This document shows, piece after piece, positions 35,764-45,574 of a DNA stretch of 64,000 nt. The first letter of the stretch is position 1; each line of letters opens with the position of its first letter. Origin of the DNA: an uncultured virus (IMG/VR IMGVR_UViG_3300010344_001225) (taxonomy: Duplodnaviria; Heunggongvirae; Uroviricota; Caudoviricetes); IMG/VR virus record IMGVR_UViG_3300010344_001225. One strand, written 5' to 3'. The notes under the pieces are model-generated. The model saw nothing but the letters and a program-made list of their open reading frames with translations, did no database searches and was not told where the DNA came from. The translations under genes were made by a program, and so were the position numbers.

Positions 35764-37383
35764 TTACACGAACAAAATTGATCGATGATCGTAGGGATTG
35801 TAGTCTTCGGCATGACGGATACAGCGGTCTAATGCCATAATTGCTGCGACAATACCGTCGATTTTCTCCGGCGATTTCGCTTTGGTTGGCTTGATGTTTC
35901 CGGCAGGATCGGTCTCAATCACCACATTGCCCGCCATCCAGCGAAGCACCGGATTGCCACCATGGATAATTTTCCCTTCCATCATCAGCTTAAAGAACTC
36001 CTTTGACGCAGGGCTCATATCTTTATAGCCCTGACCAAAAGGCACCACGGTAAAACCCAGACCTTCAAGGTTCTGTACCATTTGAATGGCTCCCCAACGG
36101 TCAAAGGCGATTTCTTTGATGTGATAGTGCTTTCCAAGCTCGTCAATGAAATGCTCGATAAAACCATAATGGATGACGTTTCCTTCGGTCGCGTTGATGT
36201 AACCTTGCCGATGCCACACATCGTATGGCACAGAGGCTTTTCGTACACGCTTCGGAATCGTATCCTCCGGAATCCAGAAGAATGGCAGCATAATATAGCT
36301 TTCGTCTTCCGTCCTCGGCGGGAACATCAAAACAAAAGCGGTAATATCCTCTGTACTGGAAAGGTCAAGTCCGGCGTAACAGTCCCTGCCTTCCAGCATT
36401 CTGAGGTCTATCGGCTGATTGCCCTGCATATACACCGCATCCGGAATCCATGCTGTGGTGCTGTTCACCCACTGATTTAGACGAAGCCACCGGAAAGTGA
36501 TTTCATCCGCCGGATTCTGTTTCGCTTCTAAGAAAGCGTCCCGCATTCGGTCAATGGTAATGGTGTACCCAAGAGACGGGTTCACATCGTACCAGTTCTT
36601 TTCGTCTTCCCAATCTGCATCATCCGGCAGGCTGTAAACCACCGGATAGAAAGACGGGTCGATTCGCACACCTTTCAAAATATCAAGGGCTTTGCTGTGC
36701 AGTTCATAACAGATGGAGTTTCTGTCCGTTCCGGCTGTGGTAATAATGCAGTGAAGCGGATTGCTTCGTGCATCAGAGGAACCTTTTGTCAGAACATCAT
36801 AGAGCTTGCGGTTCGGCTGGTTATGGATCTCATCAAACACAAGTCCCGAAACAGAAAAGCCGTGCTTGTTTCCTACATCCGCCGACAGCACCTGATAGAT
36901 GCCTGCGTTGGTGTAGTTGACGATACGCTTTGTTGCCGCCATGACCTTGCTTCGTTTCAAAAGTGCCGGTGACATTTCCACCATCTGTTTGGCAACCTCA
37001 AAAACGATGGATGCCTGCTGACGGTCAGCTGCCGCACCGTAAACTTCGGCAGAGGGTTCGTTATCTGCGTAAAGCAGATAAAGGGCGATGGCCGCCGCAA
37101 GTTCCGACTTTCCGTTCTTCTTGGGAATCTCAATAAAGGCAGTACGGAATTGCCTCGTTCCGTCTTCATTGACAATTCCAAACACGTCTCGAACGATCTG
37201 CTCCTGCCAAGGTAACAGCCAGAACCTTTTTCCTGCCCACTTGCCTTTGGTATGCCGCAGGTTTTCGATGAACTGCACCGCACGGTCGGCTTTCTCTTTA
37301 TCGTAATGGGATGTGGGCAGCATAAACTTGGACGGCTGATAGTTCTTCAGCTTCGGGTAATTCGCCGGTCTCGATTCAGCCAT
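35764..37383 (-). CDS. terL: Terminase large subunit
   Basis: LLPWQ, IPKKNGKS, FDEIH, ITTAG, GLDLS, KIDGIVA. Confidence 0.96.
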   Translation of the reverse strand: MAESRPANYPKLKNYQPSKFMLPTSHYDKEKADRAVQFIENLRHTKGKWAGKRFWLLPWQEQIVRDVFGIVNEDGTRQFRTAFIEIPKKNGKSELAAAIALYLLYADNEPSAEVYGAAADRQQASIVFEVAKQMVEMSPALLKRSKVMAATKRIVNYTNAGIYQVLSADVGNKHGFSVSGLVFDEIHNQPNRKLYDVLTKGSSDARSNPLHCIITTAGTDRNSICYELHSKALDILKGVRIDPSFYPVVYSLPDDADWEDEKNWYDVNPSLGYTITIDRMRDAFLEAKQNPADEITFRWLRLNQWVNSTTAWIPDAVYMQGNQPIDLRMLEGRDCYAGLDLSSTEDITAFVLMFPPRTEDESYIMLPFFWIPEDTIPKRVRKASVPYDVWHRQGYINATEGNVIHYGFIEHFIDELGKHYHIKEIAFDRWGAIQMVQNLEGLGFTVVPFGQGYKDMSPASKEFFKLMMEGKIIHGGNPVLRWMAGNVVIETDPAGNIKPTKAKSPEKIDGIVAAIMALDRCIRHAEDYNPYDHRSILFV

Positions 37384-37859
37384 TACGAACCACCCCCAAG
37401 CAATGCCTCCATTTCATCATCGATACCACCGCTCGAAGTCGAGTCTGCAATGATACGGGAGCGGGATGCCGGGGTCAGACCGAACTGCTCCGCAAAGCGG
37501 TTCATGATTTTCAGATAGGTCTGAGCGATGGACACCTGCGGCACCTGCTGCCAATAGCCCGATGGGGTCTTAACGATAGAACCGTGCTGCGTAATAAACT
37601 CTTCGGCTTCTTTCCACCTTGCGTAGGCCTGACAGTAACCGGCAAAAGCTGCCATATCCACTTGGGTCAAAATGCCCAGGGTTTCCATCTGTTTGACGAG
37701 CCGCCGCCATTCCTTTTTCGCTTCCGGCTCCAGCCACTTGGGGCAGGCCGGAGCTTTCTTCACGGGCTTTGGCTCTTTATTATTCAAAGGTCGCTTTCCG
37801 GGATTGCCTTCAAGCTCTTTGATTGCGGTCGGTGTTGGTTTTCTTCCTCTCGTTGCCAA
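37383..37859 (-). CDS. terS: Terminase small subunit, P27 family
   Basis: RGRKPTPT, GNPGKR, FGLTPASR. Confidence 0.93.
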   Translation of the reverse strand: MATRGRKPTPTAIKELEGNPGKRPLNNKEPKPVKKAPACPKWLEPEAKKEWRRLVKQMETLGILTQVDMAAFAGYCQAYARWKEAEEFITQHGSIVKTPSGYWQQVPQVSIAQTYLKIMNRFAEQFGLTPASRSRIIADSTSSGGIDDEMEALLGGGS

Positions 37860-37983
37860 TCTCGAAACCTCCCCTCTTCAAAAATAAAAAAGGGTAAAAA
37901 ATAAGCCGCCACCGTCATGGGTGCGACTTCTGTACTACGAGCAACAACCCCCTTCGGAGCTGAAGCCTTGTTTTATGTTTTTT

Positions 37984-38163
37984 TTAGAATCTCTGGATGC
38001 TGGCGTTTCCTTCCGTATCGAAGCTCACGTTGTAGCGGTATTCGAATCCGCACTCATCCTTGCTGATCACCCGAATGCCGCCCTCGAATGCGGTATACGC
38101 TCTGTCGAAGTGCTCTCCTTCGGGAAGCTGGCTGATTACCTGCTGTAACTGTCTTTCTGTCAT
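37984..38163 (-). CDS. 59-aa moron protein not in the ORF track
   Basis: MTERQLQQVISQLPEGEHFDRAY...; own RBS and promoter TTGCTA-17-TAATAT at 38210-38238. Confidence 0.65.
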   Translation of the reverse strand: MTERQLQQVISQLPEGEHFDRAYTAFEGGIRVISKDECGFEYRYNVSFDTEGNASIQRF

Positions 38164-38275
38164 GGTGTTTTCCTCCTTGATTCCGGGCTCTGCCCTTTTG
38201 GTAGTGTGGATATTACCATTGTGTTTTGACTATAGCAAGTCATTTAGCGATAATAAGTTACACAATCTTTAGGCT

Positions 38276-38920
38276 TCATTTCTGGTGTAATTGTGCTGTT
38301 TTCTTCTTCCGAAATACCCAGAAAAATGAGCAAAACTTCCGTGCATGCTTCTGATTCCGCTGCCAATTGGCAACCAGACGACTCTTCGCAACCAGTACAA
38401 ACAGATCTTCCGCTTCAAAGCCGTTTTTCATCGCCAGTTCATACGCAAAACAGTGCATCCAGTATTGTTTGCCGGAGGAAACCTTATCCTGACACTTGAA
38501 CACGAAAATACCACCGGGTTTCAGCACTCGCTGTGCTTCCCTGACGGCATCCCGATATAACTCCTGCAATTCTGCTTCGCTCCGGCAGACTGTAAAGCGC
38601 CGGTTGATAATATTACCTTCATCGGATTCCAGCGACTTCCCGGTCGTTGCTAAAAACGGTGGATCAAACATCAGACTGCTGATGGATTCATCTTCAATCG
38701 GAAGATTTCTGCAATCCGCCTGAATAACATCCTCGCTTTGCGGGTTCAGGTCAAACCGCAGCCTCGGCGGTGGAATGTCTTTATAAAAGCCACCTTTGGA
38801 ATAAGTACTGTCTGCTTCAAACCGGCCATCCGGAACATACAACTTCAATATCCATTTGAGGATTTCCGTCTGGTCAGTAGAAACGGAACGAATGAGATCA
38901 TCCATTGTTCGCCACCACAT
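38276..38920 (-). CDS. Small amino-DNA methyltransferase-like protein
   Basis: DSTYSKGGF, ADCRNLP, FDPPF, RVLKPGG. Confidence 0.75.
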   Translation of the reverse strand: MWWRTMDDLIRSVSTDQTEILKWILKLYVPDGRFEADSTYSKGGFYKDIPPPRLRFDLNPQSEDVIQADCRNLPIEDESISSLMFDPPFLATTGKSLESDEGNIINRRFTVCRSEAELQELYRDAVREAQRVLKPGGIFVFKCQDKVSSGKQYWMHCFAYELAMKNGFEAEDLFVLVAKSRLVANWQRNQKHARKFCSFFWVFRKKKTAQLHQK

Positions 38921-39878
38921 TCTGAATCCGCTCTTCGGCCAGCGCTACATAATTTTGATTCAGGTCGATGCCGATATAGTGTTTCCCCTGCTGCTTTGCA
39001 ACAACAGCCGTCGTTCCTGCCCCCATGAACGGGTCTAAGACAATGCCATCTTCCGGACAACCGGCAGCCACACATCGGCTGGCCAGTTCCTCGGGGAAGG
39101 TAGCAAAATGTGCACCCTTATACGGCTTCGTATTAATCTGCCAGACATCTCTGGCATTTCGCTTGCCGTCCTTGGCGTAGTAATCGGCGCGACTGCGGCA
39201 CAGGTCGGGTCTTACGCCCTCATAGCTATCCTTACCGCCACCTTTATTGGTCAGGGTTTTTCGTCGCTTAAAGTCGGCCAGTGACGCTTCACTGCAAGGT
39301 TCTCTGATGGCATCGCTGTTGAAATAATAGCCGATACTTTTTGTCAGGAGAAACACATGCTCATAGGACTTGGTGCAGCGGTCTTTCACCGGCTCCGGCA
39401 TGACATTGGGTTTATACCAGATAATGTCCTGCCTTAAATACCAACCGGCATCCCGAAGGGCAAAGGCCAGCTTCCAAGGAATGCCGATCATATCCTTTCG
39501 CTTACAATCCTGCACGGTGAGCAGCTTACTTTTGAACCCTTCTACCTGCATGTGGCTCATGCCGCGATTGCTTTTCTGTTTTGCAGACGGATTCTTTGTT
39601 CCGGCACCCTGACCGCTACCGGCATAGGCATCGCCGATGTTGAGCCACAGGGTTCCTTCTGGTTTTAACACTCGATGAACTTCAGCGAACACGGCCAGCA
39701 GCCGGTCGATATATTCATCCGGTGTTGTTTCCTGCCCGATCTGTCCGGCCACATCGTAATTTCTTAAACTGAAATACGGCGGACTGGTTAAGCACATATC
39801 GATACTTTCATCCGGCAGACTTTTTAATTGTTCTACGGCATCGCCGCATAAAATCGTATCTGTCATTTTCCTCACCAA
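38898..39878 (-). CDS. Beta-class DNA methyltransferase, probably N4-cytosine
   Basis: TSPPY, IIWYKPN, HFATFP, DPFMGAGTT. Confidence 0.9.
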   Translation of the reverse strand: MVRKMTDTILCGDAVEQLKSLPDESIDMCLTSPPYFSLRNYDVAGQIGQETTPDEYIDRLLAVFAEVHRVLKPEGTLWLNIGDAYAGSGQGAGTKNPSAKQKSNRGMSHMQVEGFKSKLLTVQDCKRKDMIGIPWKLAFALRDAGWYLRQDIIWYKPNVMPEPVKDRCTKSYEHVFLLTKSIGYYFNSDAIREPCSEASLADFKRRKTLTNKGGGKDSYEGVRPDLCRSRADYYAKDGKRNARDVWQINTKPYKGAHFATFPEELASRCVAAGCPEDGIVLDPFMGAGTTAVVAKQQGKHYIGIDLNQNYVALAEERIQNVVANNG

Positions 39879-39959
39879 TAAAAAGAGTCGCCTGTTAAGC
39901 GACTTTCTGTACTACAAGAGAAAGAGCCCAAAGGCTCGATCTCATATTTTTGTTATTGT

Positions 39960-40172
39960 TTATTCTTCTTCCGGCGCTTCCCCACGGTCGCCCGTCAGGA
40001 TGAAATGGAAGTACTCTTTGGGGTGCTCCTCAATCAGGTTGACCAGATGGTAACAGTTCATGTGGAAAGCGTGATACTGGACTTCTTTCGTCAGGCACAT
40101 ATTCACGATTCCGGAATTTCTCACCTTCATGATTTCTTCAAAAACCTGATCATCAATCAATGGCTTCTTCAT
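39960..40172 (-). CDS. DUF5049-like small phage protein
   Basis: VRNSGIVNM...YFHFILTG. Confidence 0.65.
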   Translation of the reverse strand: MKKPLIDDQVFEEIMKVRNSGIVNMCLTKEVQYHAFHMNCYHLVNLIEEHPKEYFHFILTGDRGEAPEEE

Positions 40173-40392
40173 CGTCGCACCTCCTACAACGGTCTTCCGG
40201 GAAAGCGACTGCCAAACCGCATCCGTTGTCCCACGCTACCCCAACATCGCCCAGGTCGTCGATATATTGAACGGTTCCCTTGGTTCCAATTGGCGGAGCA
40301 AACACATCTGACATGCTCAAAAGCTCTACTCTGCATCCGATAGGAAATTCCTTACGCAGCATTGCCAACTGCTCTTTTGAAATCTGCTTCAT
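40153..40392 (-). CDS. DUF4314-like protein
   Basis: PIGCRVELLSMSD, PPIGTKGTV..IDDLG, WDNG. Confidence 0.8.
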   Translation of the reverse strand: MKQISKEQLAMLRKEFPIGCRVELLSMSDVFAPPIGTKGTVQYIDDLGDVGVAWDNGCGLAVAFPEDRCRRCDDEEAID

Positions 40393-40404
40393 ATGCCGCT
40401 CCTT

Positions 40405-40614
40405 TCATAACAGCAGGTCGAAAATGTAGTCCATTTCCAGACCCAAATCTTCAAGCAGAACATCTTCTGCTTCTTCGTAGCTGCCGCCGTTTTCCATAAT
40501 GTCGTTGATGGCATCTACCGCATCCTCGACCTGCTCTCTGGCTTCTTCTTCAGTCAGTTCATCCCGTTCCATCAGGATGGCGATGATTCTGTCCTGTCCC
40601 GTTTTCATCTGCAC
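40405..40614 (-). CDS. Small acidic hypothetical protein
   Basis: ILMERDELT..EA, LGLEMDY; overlaps upstream gene. Confidence 0.65.
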   Translation of the reverse strand: MQMKTGQDRIIAILMERDELTEEEAREQVEDAVDAINDIMENGGSYEEAEDVLLEDLGLEMDYIFDLLL

Positions 40615-41456
40615 ACCGCCTTTTCCGGATTACTGAGTTTCGCAACAACCTCGGTCTTGATGACCGGCTCGTCATCCTCGTCTTCTCCGTTTAAAATGGC
40701 TTTGATTTCTTCCTGCACCTTTGGGTCTTGAAGCCGTTCTCTCGCTTCCTCCATATCAAAAGCCACCGTGTTCTCCGGTGTTGGAATCGGATCGCACCCC
40801 GGAGCGTAGTCCTTTCGAATATCGTGCTTGAACGCCGAGGATCCTGACAGGCGGGAAAGAATCACCTTCCTCGCTTCCTTGTACTCTTGTCCTATCAGGC
40901 CGATTCGTAAGCATACGCAGCGCATCGTGTACTTGGGATTGTCGATGGGCTTTTCGGTAGCGGTCACCCGCTTGGCGTTTGCCATCATCTCGCAGAGCTT
41001 GCACACGAAAGTGCTGTAAGCCTGTACCTGTTCGGGTGTTGCATTCCCGTCGAACCAAGGGAAGGAAACCTTCTCCTTATCGGCTTCAATAGGAAGCTCG
41101 TCCGTTCCGAAAGCCTCGCAGAAAAGGTCGTGCTTGGCTTCAACGTACTTTTTGAGGTTCGCAAGCCCGTCCTCGCCGAGCTTAGCCATCGGGTAGGCAA
41201 TGGCGATGACGCCTTCTTCGGTTTCGACCTCCGCCTCAAAGCCTCTTTCACATAGGGCTTCAATGAGCTGCTCGACTTCCTCGCTGTCTGCGCTGTCGTC
41301 AAAACTTAAGATGCCATTTTTATCAACTGTAAAGTAGTCGATCTGGTATGCGCAGGATGGAACCCCGAGGTACTTGGCGTCGCATTCCAGAATCTCTGAA
41401 ATGGTCTGAACCAGTTTTTTGCGGTCTGCCCCGCTTACGTTGTAGTTAATTGTCAT
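40605..41456 (-). CDS. Conserved phage protein (so-called virulence-related protein family)
   Basis: RKKLV..I, YLGVPSCAY, VSFPWF, NPKYTMR, LSGSSAF; promoter TTGCAA-17-GATCAT at 41511-41539. Confidence 0.75.
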   Translation of the reverse strand: MTINYNVSGADRKKLVQTISEILECDAKYLGVPSCAYQIDYFTVDKNGILSFDDSADSEEVEQLIEALCERGFEAEVETEEGVIAIAYPMAKLGEDGLANLKKYVEAKHDLFCEAFGTDELPIEADKEKVSFPWFDGNATPEQVQAYSTFVCKLCEMMANAKRVTATEKPIDNPKYTMRCVCLRIGLIGQEYKEARKVILSRLSGSSAFKHDIRKDYAPGCDPIPTPENTVAFDMEEARERLQDPKVQEEIKAILNGEDEDDEPVIKTEVVAKLSNPEKAVCR

Positions 41457-41588
41457 GGTAAAAATCCTCCTAAATGCTTATTCCATAAGGGTTTCCCTTT
41501 GGTGTGACACATGATCCCTCTGTTTTTCTCATATTGCAAGGGGTGTGTGCGATATATATCAGAAAGTTCACATCTTTCTAAGGAATCC

Positions 41589-41849
41589 TTAATGCCATTC
41601 AGGAGAGATGACCGCCGCCTTGAGAAGATCTGCTGGCTGAAAGCCCACAAACCGTGCCTTCATCAGACCACCCTCCTCAATCACAATGGTTGGCGTACTC
41701 ATGACCAGGTATTTCCCTACCCTTGGGTCTTCGGTTTCAACATTAATAAACTCATAGTCAGCAGCACATTCCTCGGCTACTTCTTTGATAATGGGTTTCA
41801 TCGCCTGACAGGGTTTGCACCAATCGGCGGTGAATAATAAGATTTTCAT
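41589..41849 (-). CDS. Thioredoxin
   Basis: FTADWCKPC, STPT. Confidence 0.88.
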   Translation of the reverse strand: MKILLFTADWCKPCQAMKPIIKEVAEECAADYEFINVETEDPRVGKYLVMSTPTIVIEEGGLMKARFVGFQPADLLKAAVISPEWH

Positions 41850-42946
41850 TGCATCCTCTCAAATTTCATATCCGAATACATAGCGGCTTCCGGAACAGCT
41901 TCTTCAAAAGCCGTCAGGTACCGCATCGCCGAACTGTTCACGCCGTTGGCTTGTGCAAATTCACGAAGAGATTTCTTTTTGAAGAACCCCGGCTGATTAC
42001 ACCAACGGGCAATGGTGATATACATCCCACGATGGGGACTTTCCGTATACCGGTTAAACCGCATGACATAAGGTAGACAGCGGTATTTCATCAGAAGCTC
42101 GATCCTGCGGAACAGGTCGATAATGTCCTGCCGCCAGAAGTCCGCATCCCACTTGTCCGCTCGGTCAAAACCGCAAAAGCAGTAGAACTTCGGCACGGCA
42201 TTCGTGTATTTGCGGATCAGCTTCAACTTTTCCTCGATGAGCGGCATATCCGCAATGTTGTCAAAAGCGAAGATATAGTCGCTGTCGTAGTTGGAACGGA
42301 ATAGAACTTCACATTTTTCCTCGGTGAGCAGCCGCTCATCCAATCCCTGCTTGAACTGAAAGGGTCTGCCGGTTGCCTGCAGGATTTCCAAAAGCATCCG
42401 CCAATTGGGACAACCGAAGAAGTTATCATCCAGCAGACAGATCTTTGGACGGCTTTCATCATAAAACTCAAACAGCGGACTGTGCATCTGCACACGGTTG
42501 TAATTTCTGTTGACGCAGAAATCACAGTGACGGAAACAACCACGAGTGAGAAACCCGATGGAATACTCTGTATAGTAGGAAAACTCTGCAGAGTTTTTCC
42601 CGTTTGCAACCTGTTCCCTCACCCAGTCGTCATACAAATGGTAATCCGGTTTGTGATGTTCTACCTCATCCGGCAGTTTCGGTGCTTTGTCATAATAAAA
42701 GCCGGTACCGCCGAAGCTCACATTTGAAAGCTTCAGAACGGCATCCGGCACTTTTGTGTCTATAAACACCCTGGAGATATATACTTTGTCGTAGCTTCCC
42801 AGATTTTCATAATCGGTTTTGAGAATGACCTCATCACCTTTTTCTTTATGAAATCCGGACAGCTTCATGCAGGCGAGGTTGGGAAAACGATGTCTCTTCC
42901 TGCCGATCAGGTCGGCATCAATCACCGCAACTCTCATTGTCCTCAC
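41846..42946 (-). CDS. Radical SAM protein with B12-binding-like N-terminus
   Basis: TRGCFRHCDFC (CxxxCxxC), LDDNF; N-term FPNLACMKLSG..YDKVYIS. Confidence 0.82.
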   Translation of the reverse strand: MRTMRVAVIDADLIGRKRHRFPNLACMKLSGFHKEKGDEVILKTDYENLGSYDKVYISRVFIDTKVPDAVLKLSNVSFGGTGFYYDKAPKLPDEVEHHKPDYHLYDDWVREQVANGKNSAEFSYYTEYSIGFLTRGCFRHCDFCVNRNYNRVQMHSPLFEFYDESRPKICLLDDNFFGCPNWRMLLEILQATGRPFQFKQGLDERLLTEEKCEVLFRSNYDSDYIFAFDNIADMPLIEEKLKLIRKYTNAVPKFYCFCGFDRADKWDADFWRQDIIDLFRRIELLMKYRCLPYVMRFNRYTESPHRGMYITIARWCNQPGFFKKKSLREFAQANGVNSSAMRYLTAFEEAVPEAAMYSDMKFERMQ

Positions 42947-44192
42947 CTTTCATGTCCGCTACTACTTCATCGTATGTCAGCTTCTGCCCGTCACGGATGA
43001 CATACACATCTGCTGCTTTTTCCGGATATGCCAAGCGAAAACGCTCGCATATGACATCCACGAATTTCGGGTCAAGTTCAATACCCAAACAAACACGGTT
43101 CGTTTCCTCGCAGGCGATCATGGTAGAACCACTGCCAAGGAACGGATCCAAAACAATCCCGTTGGTCATGGTGCTGTTCTTAATCGGATAGCTCATCAAT
43201 GCCACCGGCTTCATGGTCGGATGGTCTTTGCTGGCTTTCGGACGGTCATATTCCCAGATGGTGGTCTGCTTCCTGTCGGAATACCACTGATGTTTTCCGC
43301 CTTTCTTCCAACCGTAGAGAATCGGCTCGTGCTGCCACTGATACGGGGAACGCCCTAAAACAAGGGCGTTCTTCTTCCAGATGCAGCAGCCGGAAAGGTA
43401 AAATCCTGCATCGTCAAAAGCACGGCGGAAGTTCAACCCCTCGGTGTCTGCATGGAACACATAGATGGAACCGTCATCTGCAATAGCATCGTGCATCGGA
43501 GTGAAGGCCGCCAACAGGAACTTGTAAAAATCCTCTTTCGACATGTTGTCGTTCATGATCTTTCCGGCAGTTTCTTCCACGTCCACGTTGTACGGCGGGT
43601 CGGTCAGAATCAGATTGACTTTCACACCTTCAAGCAGTGCCTGATAAGTCTCCGGCAAAGTAGAATCGCCACAGATGACTTTGTGTCTTCCAAGGTGCCA
43701 GATGTCACCGGACTTAGAAAAGCACGGTTTCTTCAGTTCCTCTCCTACATCGAAGTCATCCTCTTTTACATCCTTGTCATGGACTTTATTAAAGAGCGTT
43801 TCGATTTCCGGAGGTTCAAAGCCGGTCTTGCCAAGATCAAAGTCCGAGTTCTGGATGTCTTCCAAAAGATCAGCCAGTAGGCTTTCATCCCACGCACCGG
43901 TGATTTTGTTCAGTGCAATATTCAGTGCCTTTTCTCTGACCTTATCAATATCGACCACGGCACAGGGCACTTCGGTGTAGCCAAGCGCCATGCCTACAGT
44001 CAGTCGCTGATGTCCGCCGATGATCGTCATATCAGAATTGACAACCAGCGGATCAGCAAAACCGAACTCTTCAATCGATGCTTTTATTTTTTCGTACTCT
44101 TTATCCCCCGGCTTGAGCTTCTTCCTGGGGTTATAGTCCGCAGGTTTCAGTTCGCCCACCGGAATGGTTTTTAATTCACAGGTTTTCTTCAT
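42918..44192 (-). CDS. ParB-like domain fused to N6-adenine DNA methyltransferase
   Basis: YNPRK, GGHQRL; TDPPYNV, HPTMKP, DPFLGSGST. Confidence 0.92.
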   Translation of the reverse strand: MKKTCELKTIPVGELKPADYNPRKKLKPGDKEYEKIKASIEEFGFADPLVVNSDMTIIGGHQRLTVGMALGYTEVPCAVVDIDKVREKALNIALNKITGAWDESLLADLLEDIQNSDFDLGKTGFEPPEIETLFNKVHDKDVKEDDFDVGEELKKPCFSKSGDIWHLGRHKVICGDSTLPETYQALLEGVKVNLILTDPPYNVDVEETAGKIMNDNMSKEDFYKFLLAAFTPMHDAIADDGSIYVFHADTEGLNFRRAFDDAGFYLSGCCIWKKNALVLGRSPYQWQHEPILYGWKKGGKHQWYSDRKQTTIWEYDRPKASKDHPTMKPVALMSYPIKNSTMTNGIVLDPFLGSGSTMIACEETNRVCLGIELDPKFVDVICERFRLAYPEKAADVYVIRDGQKLTYDEVVADMKGEDNESCGD

Positions 44193-44195
44193 GTT

Positions 44196-44534
44196 CTAAT
44201 AAATCCTTTCTTTTGCCCTCGCCCGATTCGCACAGGCATGGGAACAATACTTTCTTTTTCTGCTTTCGGAGGCAATGAACACACGACCACAAACAGGGCA
44301 GATGATCTGCTCGACCTTTTTCCAGTTATCCAGATTGATATGTTTACGGTGCCAAGCTCTCCGGCATTTTTCCGAACAGAATAATTTCGGTCTTCCGATG
44401 GGGTTTCGTTTGTAGGCCGTGCCACACTCCGGACAGAAGCGTTTTGCGACATTGTCATAGAAATCCTGCATATCCTGTTCTTCAAATCCGTCTTCAAACA
44501 CATCTGCTTCTGTGGGTTCTCTGTTCTCGTTCAT
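44196..44534 (-). CDS. Double zinc-finger protein
   Basis: CPECG..FCSEKC and CPVCG..YCSHAC. Confidence 0.75.
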   Translation of the reverse strand: MNENREPTEADVFEDGFEEQDMQDFYDNVAKRFCPECGTAYKRNPIGRPKLFCSEKCRRAWHRKHINLDNWKKVEQIICPVCGRVFIASESRKRKYCSHACANRARAKERIY

Positions 44535-44794
44535 GTCGTTTCTCTTTCATAATCCGGCGAAAGTGCCGCCTAATTCTGCGAAAACAATCAAAAAGCATAT
44601 AAAAAGAACGCGGTAATTGCCCCGTTCCGATGCTGTTTTTCCTAGCGGTTCAGCCACCGCATTTTGCGCTGTTCATTTTGCGATTTTTCATTGAAAATCA
44701 CATAATATCAGCGTTTTTCGCTTCTTTTCTCACATTTTTCTATGTTCCGGCACAGACGGTATTTACATTTTGCGATACCGGTCCCGCACCCATA

Positions 44795-44885
44795 GACCCC
44801 CGCCCTAGCAATTTCGCGTTTTTTAACGCAAGAGGGGGCGCCGGTCTCCGTGCGATAGGCCGTAGAGATTGAAAATCCCCCTCCG
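44795..44885 (-). other. Probable cos packaging region
   Basis: GC-rich GGGG..AATCTCT..GAGACCGGCGCCCCCTC..CGCGAAAT just downstream of the HNH gene, as in HNH-dependent cos phages. Confidence 0.5.
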
Positions 44886-44935
44886 GTCGGGCTCCCGCCC
44901 CGCCTCAGGGCGCAGTCGCAAGGGCTCGGCCACCG

Positions 44936-45301
44936 TCAGAAGGTGTAGGTCGGTCGGCTGTCCTCACATCCGGTCTTGCTGTCGTGGTGTCGCTTGCACA
45001 GCGGCTGCCAGTTTGTCTTGTCCCAGAACAGTCGCTGGTCACCACGGTGCGGAACGATGTGGTCAACCACCGTTGCCTTGGTGTAGCGTGGTGGTTGTTC
45101 CTTCAAGCACTCTGCACAGAAGCGGTGCTCCTGCAGGAACAGGCGGCTCACCCGCTGCCATCGCTTGCCGTAACCACGCTCGGATGCGGAGCGAGTGACT
45201 TCCGGATGCAACGGCAGATGCTTTGCACAATACAGTTTCCCTGGTTCTACCAATTCTGGGCAACCGGGTTGATGACAGGGTTTCATTGGTTTGTATGGCA
45301 T
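44936..45301 (-). CDS. HNH endonuclease (terminase-associated)
   Basis: CAEC, VVDHIVPHRGD, NWQPLCKRHHDSKT. Confidence 0.92.
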   Translation of the reverse strand: MPYKPMKPCHQPGCPELVEPGKLYCAKHLPLHPEVTRSASERGYGKRWQRVSRLFLQEHRFCAECLKEQPPRYTKATVVDHIVPHRGDQRLFWDKTNWQPLCKRHHDSKTGCEDSRPTYTF

Positions 45302-45574
45302 GGGCTTCACCCCTTTCCTTTTTTTCATAAATCAGCCGTCTTATTTTCAACAATCGCTTCCCTGAAAACGAGCATTGAAAATAAGACAGCGAACTGACAT
45401 GCGAGGGATTACCTACACATGACAGCTCGCTGAAATACAGGAGGCATGATTAATTTTCAACTGCTGACAAACTGTAAGCAGTTGACTACAAGATGAAGTC
45501 ATCTCGTTTTCTTGGATTCTTTTTCGGATTCTGCTGTTTTGTAAATTCAGTTTTGGAGACCCCCACCCCTGGGG

